Shown here one piece after another: positions 18,727-27,496 of a stretch of DNA of 64,000 nt. Origin of the DNA: Acidimicrobiia bacterium. GTDB lineage: Bacteria > Actinomycetota > Acidimicrobiia > Spongiisociales > UBA5794. A model generated the notes under the pieces. It worked only from the letters and a program-made list of their open reading frames with translations. It was not told where the DNA came from and searched no databases. The position numbers and the translations under genes were made by a program. The first letter of the stretch is position 1; every line of letters starts with the position of its first letter. The stretch lies in the NCBI GenBank assembly GCA_030065575.1, contig JASJDZ010000043.1, forward strand, positions 2,564 to 66,563, written 5' to 3'.

Positions 18727-19712
18727 GCATTCAGGAAGAGAACGCAAGCGGGCGGCTACCCAACCTCGATTCGGCACTCTGGATTCGAGAGTCCGTCATT
18801 GCGTCGGGTGCTGCGGAGGGGACACGTGCGATCGACGTCCGACCGTGGGGAGGCATTGGCTGCCGCGTCTATCCCGATCGCGGGCTCGACATCGGGCAAG
18901 CCTGGTTCGGCGACACTCCCTTGGCCTGGACGTCGCAGGTGGGGGAGTCAGGGCCGTTACAGAATCTGGAGGGCATGTCCTGGGGCGAGGCCTTTGGTGG
19001 GGGACTGCTGGTGACTTGCGGGATGCGCAACGTTGGCATGCCGTCCGAAGGTCACGGGCTACACGGGACGTACTCGCATCTGCCGGCATCAGATGTACGG
19101 ACTGGAGCAGTCGTCGGTGACCAGGATGCTGCGGTGGTGATCACCGGCGTCGTGCACGATGAGGAGCCGCCGGCACCTCTCCAACTGCAGCGAACCATAC
19201 GAATCGCAGCCGGTCGAGGCCGTATCGATGTCGAGGATCTCATCACCAACACGGGCGACGAACCGGCCGAGGCTCCTCTGCTGTATCACTGCAACTTTGG
19301 CTATCCGCTGTGGTCGCCTCCGGCCCATTTGCGCATTCCCGCGGTGGCGGCAACCCACGCCCGCGATACTGAATCGGAGGTAGCGCTGGACACGTGGCAC
19401 ATCCCTCCTTCGCTCGAAGTCGCCCCCGAGCGCGTTCTCGAGCACGTAATTTCTGCGGGCACCACTCAGGGCCAAGCAATGATCACGAACTCCGAGTTGG
19501 GCATCGCGGTCGAGGTCGGCTGGGACCGGGCTGAGTTACCTCGCCTCAATCAATGGCTGGACCCCAACCCCGGAATGGCTGTGCTCGGTATCGAACCCGC
19601 CAACTGCTCAACGCGAGGGCGCAGCTTCGATCGTGCCTCCGGGGCCTTGCCCTGGCTCCAGCCCGGTGAAGCAAGAATCACCCATCTGTGGATCGAGGCT
19701 CGGGGGGTATGA
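18723..19712 (+). CDS. Aldose-1-epimerase-like (DUF4432 / galactose-mutarotase-fold) protein.
   Basis: It has a mutarotase-like beta-sandwich with an HCNFGYP motif, and is translationally coupled to the lactonase gene. Confidence 0.6.
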   Translation: MSIQEENASGRLPNLDSALWIRESVIASGAAEGTRAIDVRPWGGIGCRVYPDRGLDIGQAWFGDTPLAWTSQVGESGPLQNLEGMSWGEAFGGGLLVTCGMRNVGMPSEGHGLHGTYSHLPASDVRTGAVVGDQDAAVVITGVVHDEEPPAPLQLQRTIRIAAGRGRIDVEDLITNTGDEPAEAPLLYHCNFGYPLWSPPAHLRIPAVAATHARDTESEVALDTWHIPPSLEVAPERVLEHVISAGTTQGQAMITNSELGIAVEVGWDRAELPRLNQWLDPNPGMAVLGIEPANCSTRGRSFDRASGALPWLQPGEARITHLWIEARGV

Positions 19713-19738
19713 GACTCCACGCCATGATCTTCGACGAG

Positions 19739-20440
19739 CTAGCTGAGTAGAGCCGCAGCGGGCTCATCCGCATACACGATTGTGTTCCCGTGCTGGCGCA
19801 GATACGACGCAGGCACCTCCGGGCCAATCGGCCCGGACACCGCCCGTTCCAGGATCTCGGCTTTGTGCCGACCTGAGACCAGCAGCCAGATCTCTTCCGC
19901 GGCAAGCAGCGTCCCCATCCCAAGCGTTATCCCCCAGGTTGGTCGAGCTGTTGCCCCGTAACGGGCTGCGTTCTGCTGGGTCGACGGGTCCAACTCAACA
20001 ACACGTGTTCGCGAGTCAGACCTCGAGCCCGGCTCGTTCATGCCGATATGCCCATTGCCGCCCAGCCCGACAACGGCCAGGTCGAGCCCGCCATCGGCGA
20101 TCACATCTTCAAAGCGTTCGCACTCCTCTTGCAGTGAGGCTGCGGTCACATCGAAGGTGTACAAGGCATCGGGTGGGGTAGGAAGTCGCTGCAAGAGCGC
20201 CCTATCGAGCATCTCGTCGCAGCGTCCGAGATCACCGACCGGGAGAAGGAACTCATCGAGCAGGAACACCTCTGTGCCTTCCAGAGACCCGCCAGAAGCC
20301 GTGAACTCGGCATAGACGGGCTCGGGTGTGCTCCCAGTAGCGAGACACACGCGCAACCCATTTCGCAGGGAGACGAAGCGAACGAGTCGGGCCCCGACAG
20401 CCGGGGCCCACTCGTCAGCCGCAAAGATCTCGAGTTTCAC
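19739..20440 (-). CDS. nagB: Glucosamine-6-phosphate deaminase.
   Basis: It has the NagB/Pgl signature [16 protein letters not shown] and an N-terminal LATGSTP motif. The GTG start overlaps the upstream gene's stop as GTGA. Confidence 0.8.
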   Translation of the reverse strand: MKLEIFAADEWAPAVGARLVRFVSLRNGLRVCLATGSTPEPVYAEFTASGGSLEGTEVFLLDEFLLPVGDLGRCDEMLDRALLQRLPTPPDALYTFDVTAASLQEECERFEDVIADGGLDLAVVGLGGNGHIGMNEPGSRSDSRTRVVELDPSTQQNAARYGATARPTWGITLGMGTLLAAEEIWLLVSGRHKAEILERAVSGPIGPEVPASYLRQHGNTIVYADEPAAALLS

Positions 20441-21633
20441 CCGTCGGTGACGATATCGAAGATCGACCCTGTGTCCTTGTCGCTGAGGATCAGCTTCTTC
20501 CGTCCGTCCGGCAGGACCTCTTCCTTGACCACGGCGTGACCATCGTGGAACGAGTTGGTCTTGGCAATCCGCTCGGTTGCGCCCCCGCGCCACTCGACGT
20601 TGACGGGTTCCCACTGCCTGGTCTCGGCGGAGCGGTAGGCGGCGTCCATGATCGCGTTGACCACGTAACCGTCGTAGAAGGTCTCCATAGGCTCCGTGCC
20701 GTTCTCGATGGCATCGAACATATCGGTGAACATGTCGACATAGCCGAGCTCGGAGACTTCGTCGCCAACCGGGAATAGCCAGCCCTCAGTGGATTCGAGC
20801 TTCTCCGCGACGTATCCCTCTCCGCCACCGGATGAGTACATCTCATACCCGGTCCGCAGGAAGTGATTGAGCCAGATCGTGCCCTCGGTCCCGGCGACCT
20901 CGTCACGCAGGTCCATACCACCACGGAACGACCAGCTCACCTCGAATTGGCCAATCGCACCCGATTCGAAACGGATGAGCACTACGGCGTTGTCCTCCGC
21001 CTTGATGGGATGAACGAGCGTGTCGGCCCACGCCATGACATCGAGCGGCCGATTGCCCTTGCCGACGAAGTTGCGAATGATCTCAATGCAATGGCAGCCC
21101 AGGTCGACAATGGCGCCACCCCCGGCCTTGTCCTTGTCCCAGAACCATGCGCTGTGAGGCCCGGGATGAGTCTCTCGGGAGCGCACCCAGGTGACATCGC
21201 CGATGGCGCCTCCGTTGACCGCTGCTATCGCCTTGAGCGTCTTGGGTGTGTAGCACAGATCCTCTAGGTAACCGGCGAAGATCCCGGCTTGCTCGACCCG
21301 GTCGAGGATTCGCTTGGCTTCTTCGCCGGAGCGGGCCAACGGCTTCGTGCATAGGACGGGCTTGCCCGCAGCGGCGATGAGATCGATCGCTTCCTCGTGA
21401 AGGAAGTTGGGGAGAGCGACAACGACCACATCGACCGCAGGGTCGTTGATCGCGTCCTCGATACTCGTTGTGTGGCGAGGGATGCCCCATCGCTCGGCAA
21501 ATGCCTGACCACGCTCCTCGGTTCTCGAGTAGACAACCCCGACTCGATCCCGGCCGCGCTGGCCGTGGAGAGTCATCGTGTAGAAGTCTCCGATCAGCCC
21601 GGTCCCGAGCATGGCAATCGTGCGTCCTTCCAT
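20437..21633 (-). CDS. Gfo/Idh/MocA-family oxidoreductase.
   Basis: It has a Rossmann motif ([13 protein letters not shown]) and a CTKPLA (EKP-like) motif. It is the first gene of a two-gene operon with nagB. Confidence 0.85.
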   Translation of the reverse strand: MEGRTIAMLGTGLIGDFYTMTLHGQRGRDRVGVVYSRTEERGQAFAERWGIPRHTTSIEDAINDPAVDVVVVALPNFLHEEAIDLIAAAGKPVLCTKPLARSGEEAKRILDRVEQAGIFAGYLEDLCYTPKTLKAIAAVNGGAIGDVTWVRSRETHPGPHSAWFWDKDKAGGGAIVDLGCHCIEIIRNFVGKGNRPLDVMAWADTLVHPIKAEDNAVVLIRFESGAIGQFEVSWSFRGGMDLRDEVAGTEGTIWLNHFLRTGYEMYSSGGGEGYVAEKLESTEGWLFPVGDEVSELGYVDMFTDMFDAIENGTEPMETFYDGYVVNAIMDAAYRSAETRQWEPVNVEWRGGATERIAKTNSFHDGHAVVKEEVLPDGRKKLILSDKDTGSIFDIVTDG

Positions 21634-21683
21634 GACTGTTCCTCCTGGTACTGGATGGACGGCGCCTCACGACGTGATGGCGA

Positions 21684-21695
21684 TTGTATATACAA
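21684..21695. promoter_or_regulatory. Perfect palindrome TTGTATATACAA upstream of the Gfo-nagB operon.
   Basis: It is a 12-bp perfect palindrome with the same TTGT...ACAA arms as the 4710 site, about 50 nt upstream of the start at 21633. Confidence 0.4.
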
Positions 21696-21702
21696 GTTAG
21701 CG

Positions 21703-21735
21703 GAAAGCCCGGCTGCTGCGTAATGCTGCAGCCGG
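21703..21735 (-). terminator. Possible intrinsic terminator downstream of the M50 protease gene.
   Basis: It is a GC-rich hairpin (CCCGGCTGC...GCAGCCGGG, 9-bp stem) followed on the minus strand by CUUUCC. The U-tract is weak. Confidence 0.3.
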
Positions 21736-21758
21736 GTCGATCAGCGTGACGTCGAGAG

Positions 21759-22883
21759 CTAGGCCGCCAGTTGCGGCTCATCCGTCAAGCGACGCAGAGC
21801 AAGCGCGCGGTCGATTTCGAGTGCGGTAACCAGACCGACGGCCTGTCCGCCATCCATGACGACGATCGGCTTGCCATGATGGCGGAGGATTGCTGCTGCC
21901 GGATTGTCGATTTCCAGCATGACCGGCTTCGGCAGCGGGAGATCCCGCAGGCGAGCCGGGACGGCATTGCGCTGTCCGGCGCCGGCGGCGACTCGGACCA
22001 ACTCGCGACGAGAGGTCACTGCGGTCACGTTGCCGCCGAAGTCGACCGCGACGATGCGGTCGTCAGTGCGTCCCTGCTCGATCACGATGTCACGAACTTC
22101 CGCCCAGTCACCCATCGTGGCGGGCAGGGGAGACATGATCTCGGCCAGGCTCAGGTTATTGAGGGCACCCTGGACTCGGCCCATCCTGGCCTCCTGGCCG
22201 GCTGCCGCATAGAGGAACCAACCGATTCCAGCAGTCCAGAGCCCGCCGGGGTTTCCGGCCAGAAACTCAACAAGGCCGAACACGGCAACCATGATTCCAA
22301 GCCCGCGACCGGCGCGAGCTGCTCCAACCGTGGCACGGGAGCGGTCGCCGTGACGCTTCCATAGCCAGGCGTGCAGCAGACGACCTCCGTCGAGAGGTGC
22401 GCCGGGCAGCAGGTTGAAGACAGCGAGAATGGCATTGAGCCCTGCCAGCCAGACCAGCACCGCAGTGAGCAGCGTTGGTGCTGAGATCACGGCGGTGATC
22501 CCAGCCGTGGCTGCGGCCAGCAGCGCAAGGGCAAGGCTGGACGCCGGGCCAACGCCGGCGATCAGAGCTTCGGCACGCGGAGTAGGAGCCTCATCCTCGA
22601 GGTGGGCGACGCCGCCGAGCAACCAGAGTGTTAGCGAGGAGACCTGAATGTCGTACCGCTGGGCAACAACGGCATGGGCCGCCTCGTGGACGAAGATGGA
22701 GAGCAGCAGGGACGCTCCGGCAAGGAAACCGGCGACCAGGTAGGCCCCGTCGCTCCATCCGGGTGCGAGCTGCGGCAAGACGCCATTCGCCACGAGTAGG
22801 CCGAGGACGGCGGCAAGCGCTACGGCACCCCAGTGCAGCTTGACCGGGATTCCGCGGAATGATCCAATCGTACGTGCGTTCAT
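21759..22883 (-). CDS. Site-2 protease family (peptidase M50) with a C-terminal CBS pair.
   Basis: It has the HEAAH zinc motif inside a TM helix, multiple TM segments and a C-terminal CBS-like region. Confidence 0.8.
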   Translation of the reverse strand: MNARTIGSFRGIPVKLHWGAVALAAVLGLLVANGVLPQLAPGWSDGAYLVAGFLAGASLLLSIFVHEAAHAVVAQRYDIQVSSLTLWLLGGVAHLEDEAPTPRAEALIAGVGPASSLALALLAAATAGITAVISAPTLLTAVLVWLAGLNAILAVFNLLPGAPLDGGRLLHAWLWKRHGDRSRATVGAARAGRGLGIMVAVFGLVEFLAGNPGGLWTAGIGWFLYAAAGQEARMGRVQGALNNLSLAEIMSPLPATMGDWAEVRDIVIEQGRTDDRIVAVDFGGNVTAVTSRRELVRVAAGAGQRNAVPARLRDLPLPKPVMLEIDNPAAAILRHHGKPIVVMDGGQAVGLVTALEIDRALALRRLTDEPQLAA

Positions 22884-23075
22884 GGTTCACCTCCAGAAGG
22901 CGATCCGACTCATTAGAGAGGTTCGTTGCCGGAAGTCAGGACGGATGCTTCCAACCGGTTATGCGCATACGCGCATGTTTCCTGTCTAGTCCCGTTCCGC
23001 AAGTCCATCCGTCCCTTGTCGATCGAGCCTTGGGGATAGATGATGGAGGCAGGTCCCAACACCAGGGAGTGCCGA

Positions 23076-23642
23076 ATGATCGAACTGCGGATTCACGGCC
23101 GCGGAGGACAAGGCGCCGTCGTTGCTTCCAAGACACTGGCGCAGGCAGCGTTTCTGGCAGGGAGATACGTTCAGAGTTACCCGGACTACGGGGTAGAACG
23201 TCGCGGCGCGCCCGTTGTGGCGTTCGCCCGCATCGCCGAGCCCGGTGATGATGTGTTCGTTCGCCAGGACATCAAGGAACCACACCATCTGCTGGTGCTC
23301 GACCCGACCTTGTTGGATTCGGGCAATCCCATCGCCGGACTGCGCGACGGAGGCTGGGTGGTGGTCAACAGCCCTGATCCACCCCAGTCTCTGGGGATCG
23401 TCACACGGTTCCGCGTTGCCACAGTGGATGCGACCCGCATCGCGATGAACCACGGCCTCGGCACTGCCGCTCAGCCCGTTGTCAATACCGCCATTCTCGG
23501 CGCTTTCGTGCGGGTTACGGAGATAGTCGAGATGGACGACTTGCTGCGAGCGATCACCTACGAGGTCCCCACAATGGAGGAGGAGAACTGCCAGGCGGCT
23601 CGTGACGCCTTCGATTCGGTGCGTACGGAGGTGGCGGTATGA
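23076..23642 (+). CDS. porG: 2-oxoacid:ferredoxin oxidoreductase gamma subunit.
   Basis: It has the PorG fold (IELRIHGRGGQGAVVASKTLAQAA). The ATG at 23076 follows a GGGAG RBS, and the stop overlaps the next ATG as ATGA. Confidence 0.85.
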   Translation: MIELRIHGRGGQGAVVASKTLAQAAFLAGRYVQSYPDYGVERRGAPVVAFARIAEPGDDVFVRQDIKEPHHLLVLDPTLLDSGNPIAGLRDGGWVVVNSPDPPQSLGIVTRFRVATVDATRIAMNHGLGTAAQPVVNTAILGAFVRVTEIVEMDDLLRAITYEVPTMEEENCQAARDAFDSVRTEVAV

Positions 23643-25297
23643 ATGGCCTCGGGCATGTTGATGACTACCCGGAGATTCCGGTTTCGCTGGCTCCGACCAG
23701 CGCCCTGCTCAAGACGGGCGCGTGGCGAAGCGTCCGCCCCGTGGTCGCCAAGCGCACCGCACCATGCACTGCGGGGTGCCCGGCCGCTATCGATATCCCG
23801 GCCTACTTCGACGAAATCCGACGGGGGGAACTGGAATCCGCTCTCGATCGGTTCCTGCGCCGCAATCCGTTTCCTCGCATAACGGGACGGGTGTGCCCCC
23901 ATTTCTGCGAACAGGGATGCAGCCTGGCGGTAGCCGCCGACGAGGAACCCGTGTCAATCAGATCGATCGAGCGCTGGTTGGGGGACGAAACTGCCGATCG
24001 GCCCCATGTTGTCGAAGCGGAACCAACCAGCAAGCGAATCGCGATCGTTGGTGGCGGGCCGGCGGGAATGGCCGCATCCTTCTACCTGAGGCGATCCGGT
24101 CATGAGGTGACGTTGTTTGAGCGCCGTGACCACGCAGGTGGCGTCATGCGATACGGGATCCCGGAGTACCGGCTGCCACAGGAGATCGTTGATCACGAGG
24201 TCGATCGCCTAGCTGAGATGGGTGTTGAGATCCGCACCGGCGTCTCATTGGGCGACGACTTCAGCCTCGAGGACCTCGAAGCCGACTACGCCGCCGTCTT
24301 CGTTGCCACGGGGGCAGGTAAGCAGAGGCGCAGCGATATCAAAGGGGAGAGCCTCCTCGAGCCCGGACTGCCCTTCCTGGAAGCCGCAAAGCGCGGCGAA
24401 GGCACCGCACTCGGGGATCGCTGCGCAGTTATTGGTGCCGGCAACACGGCTATGGACGTTGCGCGCACTCTTCGCCGTCTTGGCGCCCACGTCACGGTCA
24501 TCTACCGGAGAACCAAGGACGAGATGACGGCGATCGAAGAAGAGTACGAGCGAGCACTGGCCGACCGGGTCAAGTTCGAATGGCTGATGTCGCCGCGCGA
24601 GGTGAAGAAGGCTCGCAACGAATTGCGCCTCATCCTCGATCACATGAGGCTCGGTGAGCCGGATGAGTCCGGCCGGCCCCACCCCGAGCCGACGGGGGTG
24701 AGTTCCGAACTTCGGTTCGACAGCATCTTTGCGGCTGTCGGGGAGATCGCAGAGATCGGGACATTCCCCGAGCGGATGCGCGATGACCAGGGTTGGGTGG
24801 ATGTCGGTGCCGACGGGTCGACCCGAGATCCGAAAGTGTTTGCCGGAGGTGATCTCGCCACCGGGCCGGCGACCGTGGTGCAAGCTATCGCGGCGGGTCG
24901 CGCTGCAGCGCAGGCAATAGATGATCAACTTGGTTTCTCCCACCTGTGGCCGGAAGAGGAACCGGTAGACACAGTGAAGCCGGCCGAGGTCAACCCCACC
25001 TACATGCCTCACCACGACCGGGCCGACGATCATGAAGTTGAGGTAGTCACGCAGTTCGCCGAGGAAACGGCGACTCTGAGCGATGCAGAAGCAGCTGAGG
25101 AGACGGATCGCTGTCTGTCCTGCGGGTACTGCAACAACTGCGGTACTTGCTTCGTCTTCTGCCCCGACGCCGCAATCATCTGGGAGGACGGACCGCGAAT
25201 CGACCATGAGTTCTGCAAAGGATGTGGCATCTGCGTTGTCGAGTGCCCGGGACACGCAATGGTGCTGGTGAACGAGAGGGAGGTGAGCAATGTCTGA
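23639..25297 (+). CDS. Fusion protein of a GltD-like NAD(P)H:flavin oxidoreductase and a PorD-like 2x[4Fe-4S] ferredoxin.
   Basis: The N-terminus has a GltD-type Cys-rich domain (CTAGCP...GRVCPHFCEQGC) and an FAD/NAD(P) Rossmann motif (IAIVGGGPAGMAAS, VIGAGNTAMD). The C-terminus has two CxxCxxCxxxCP motifs (CLSCGYCNNCGTCFVFCP, CKGCGICVVECP). It occupies the position porD normally holds, between porG and porA. Confidence 0.8.
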   Translation: MNGLGHVDDYPEIPVSLAPTSALLKTGAWRSVRPVVAKRTAPCTAGCPAAIDIPAYFDEIRRGELESALDRFLRRNPFPRITGRVCPHFCEQGCSLAVAADEEPVSIRSIERWLGDETADRPHVVEAEPTSKRIAIVGGGPAGMAASFYLRRSGHEVTLFERRDHAGGVMRYGIPEYRLPQEIVDHEVDRLAEMGVEIRTGVSLGDDFSLEDLEADYAAVFVATGAGKQRRSDIKGESLLEPGLPFLEAAKRGEGTALGDRCAVIGAGNTAMDVARTLRRLGAHVTVIYRRTKDEMTAIEEEYERALADRVKFEWLMSPREVKKARNELRLILDHMRLGEPDESGRPHPEPTGVSSELRFDSIFAAVGEIAEIGTFPERMRDDQGWVDVGADGSTRDPKVFAGGDLATGPATVVQAIAAGRAAAQAIDDQLGFSHLWPEEEPVDTVKPAEVNPTYMPHHDRADDHEVEVVTQFAEETATLSDAEAAEETDRCLSCGYCNNCGTCFVFCPDAAIIWEDGPRIDHEFCKGCGICVVECPGHAMVLVNEREVSNV

Positions 25298-26513
25298 GCG
25301 CCTTCTTCTCACCGGCAATCACGCAGCTGCCTACGGTGCGATGCTGGCGAGGGCCGAGGTCATCTCGGCCTATCCGATCACGCCCCAAACCATGATCGTC
25401 GAGCTTCTGTCCGAGATGACGGCCTCGGGACGGCTCCCGGCCAAGTTCATCACCGTCGAGTCCGAGCACTCGGCCATGGCGGCATGCGTCGGGGCCTCCG
25501 CCGCCGGCGCCCGCACCTACACGGCGACGAGCGGGCAAGGCCTCGCGCTCATGCACGAAATGCTGCATTGGGCGGTTGGAGCCCGCCTGCCGATTGTCCT
25601 GACGAACGTGAGCCGGGCAATGGCACCCGGTTGGTCGATCTGGAGCGACCAGAGCGACATCCTGTCGCAACGAGACGTCGGCTGGATGATGCTTTTCGCA
25701 GAAAGCGTGCAAGAGGCACAGGACTTCATCCTCTGGACCTATCGAGTCGCCGAGCAGGTCTTCCTACCCGGCATGGTGGGCATGGATGCGTTCATCCTCT
25801 CTCATACGGCCGAACCCCTGATCGTGCACGATCAGGAGGCGGTCGATGCGTACCTGCCGAAGTTCGATCCCCTATACGACCTCGATCCAGCCGAGCCCCG
25901 TGCTTATGGGGGACTGGTCAACCGGGATCACTACTTCGAGATGCGCTACAAGATCTACGAGAACATGGATAGGGCGGGCCAACTCCTCGTCGAGGCGGGG
26001 GAAGAATTCGGCGAGGTCTTGGGACACCGCTACACGCCGCTCGAGGGTTTCATGCTCGATGACGCCGACTATGTGATCGTCTCGGCGGGCGCGATGACGT
26101 CCAACATCCGGCAGGCTGTTCGCGATCTGCGGGAGGAAGGGATGAAGGTAGGCCTGCTGCGGGTCATCGCATTCCGGCCCTTCCCGGTCGACGAAGTGCG
26201 CCGGATACTGACCGGGCGAACCAAAGTTGCGGTGCTCGATCGCAACATGAGCGCCGGGCACTCGGGCATCTTTGCGCAGGAGATCCGCTCCGCAATGCTG
26301 GGCCAACCCGACGCGCCACCCATCTACGGCTACGTGGTCGGCATCGGTGGCCGGGACGTACGGGTCGAAACTGGCCATCAGGTTCTCCACGACCTGTTGA
26401 CGCGAGAGGAACCTGAGCTGGCGCTCTTTGTCGGGCTGAAAGGCCTGCCCATCGGCCCGGTACGCAAGGACTTCGAGATCAAGCCGCTGGCGCCGCTGGA
26501 GGTGATGCAATGA
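25290..26513 (+). CDS. porA: 2-oxoacid:ferredoxin oxidoreductase alpha subunit.
   Basis: It has the PorA N-terminal pyrimidine-binding fold (GNHAAAYGAMLARAEVISAYPITPQT...ESEHSA). Its start overlaps the upstream stop. Confidence 0.9.
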   Translation: MSERLLLTGNHAAAYGAMLARAEVISAYPITPQTMIVELLSEMTASGRLPAKFITVESEHSAMAACVGASAAGARTYTATSGQGLALMHEMLHWAVGARLPIVLTNVSRAMAPGWSIWSDQSDILSQRDVGWMMLFAESVQEAQDFILWTYRVAEQVFLPGMVGMDAFILSHTAEPLIVHDQEAVDAYLPKFDPLYDLDPAEPRAYGGLVNRDHYFEMRYKIYENMDRAGQLLVEAGEEFGEVLGHRYTPLEGFMLDDADYVIVSAGAMTSNIRQAVRDLREEGMKVGLLRVIAFRPFPVDEVRRILTGRTKVAVLDRNMSAGHSGIFAQEIRSAMLGQPDAPPIYGYVVGIGGRDVRVETGHQVLHDLLTREEPELALFVGLKGLPIGPVRKDFEIKPLAPLEVMQ

Positions 26514-27418
26514 GGTGGGTAGTTCCCGAAGCGGAGCACATGTCCGAAGGCACGCTGGGCTGTCAAGGCTGCGGTGGGGCACTGTCGATGCGTCTGGTAC
26601 TCAAAGAGGTCGGCCGTGACGCAGTCGGAGTGATCCCCGCCTGCTGTTGGTCGATCATCGATGGCCCGTGGCCGACGCATGCACTCGACATTCCCGTGTT
26701 GCATACCGCGTTCGAAACCGCCGCAGTGGTGGCAACCGGAGTGAAGGCGGCCAAGACCATCCAGGGCAAGGATACGACGGTTATCGCCTGGGCCGGTGAC
26801 GGTGGTACTTTCGACATTGGCCTGCAGGCGCTCTCGGGGGCGGCGGAGCGAAACGAGGACATCCTGTTCGTTTGCTACGACAACGAGGCGTACATGAACA
26901 CCGGGATCCAACGTTCCTCGTCCACGCCCACTGGCACATGGACAACGACCACCCCGGACCAGCGACCCGAGGCGCGGCCGAAGAAGGACATCATGGGCAT
27001 CATCGCCGCCCATCGGATTCCCTACGCAGCCACGGCAACCGCGGCCTATCCGGAGGATCTGGAACGCAAGGTGAAGACGGCAGTCGAGACCAAGGGAGGA
27101 ATGCGGTTCCTGCACCTGCTCTCGGTTTGCCCTCCGGGATGGAAGATGGAGGCGCACCAGGCGATCGAGGTGATGCGGCGGGCGGTACGCAGCAAGGTGT
27201 TCCCCCTCTACGAGGTCCGCAACGGCCGGGAGTACACGATCACGCATTGGCCTGATGAGTTGCCGGTAGAGGAGTACTTCTCGATGCAGGGCCGGTTCAA
27301 GACGCTGCTCAGCGATCCGGAGATGCTCGAGGTAGTGCGGGGCAACGTTGAAGAGAGGTGGCAGATCCTGCTCGGACGCCATCAACGTTCCCACCCGGAG
27401 ATGGCGCCCACGAACTAG
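26510..27418 (+). CDS. porB: 2-oxoacid:ferredoxin oxidoreductase beta subunit (TPP-binding).
   Basis: It has a Cys cluster (CQGCGG, CCW) and a TPP GDGG motif (WAGDGGTFDIG). It is coupled to porA by ATGA. Confidence 0.9.
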   Translation: MRWVVPEAEHMSEGTLGCQGCGGALSMRLVLKEVGRDAVGVIPACCWSIIDGPWPTHALDIPVLHTAFETAAVVATGVKAAKTIQGKDTTVIAWAGDGGTFDIGLQALSGAAERNEDILFVCYDNEAYMNTGIQRSSSTPTGTWTTTTPDQRPEARPKKDIMGIIAAHRIPYAATATAAYPEDLERKVKTAVETKGGMRFLHLLSVCPPGWKMEAHQAIEVMRRAVRSKVFPLYEVRNGREYTITHWPDELPVEEYFSMQGRFKTLLSDPEMLEVVRGNVEERWQILLGRHQRSHPEMAPTN

Positions 27419-27496
27419 CCATACCAGCCCCTGACCGTCGTTTGGCGGAGTAGTGTCGGATAGGGAAGTACGACGCATCCGACTGGACGGGGCACC

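Noticed and set aside
24245-25318. A 357-aa ORF antisense to the GltD-ferredoxin fusion gene.
   Set aside because: It has no motifs and is antisense to a gene with unambiguous Fe-S and Rossmann signatures.
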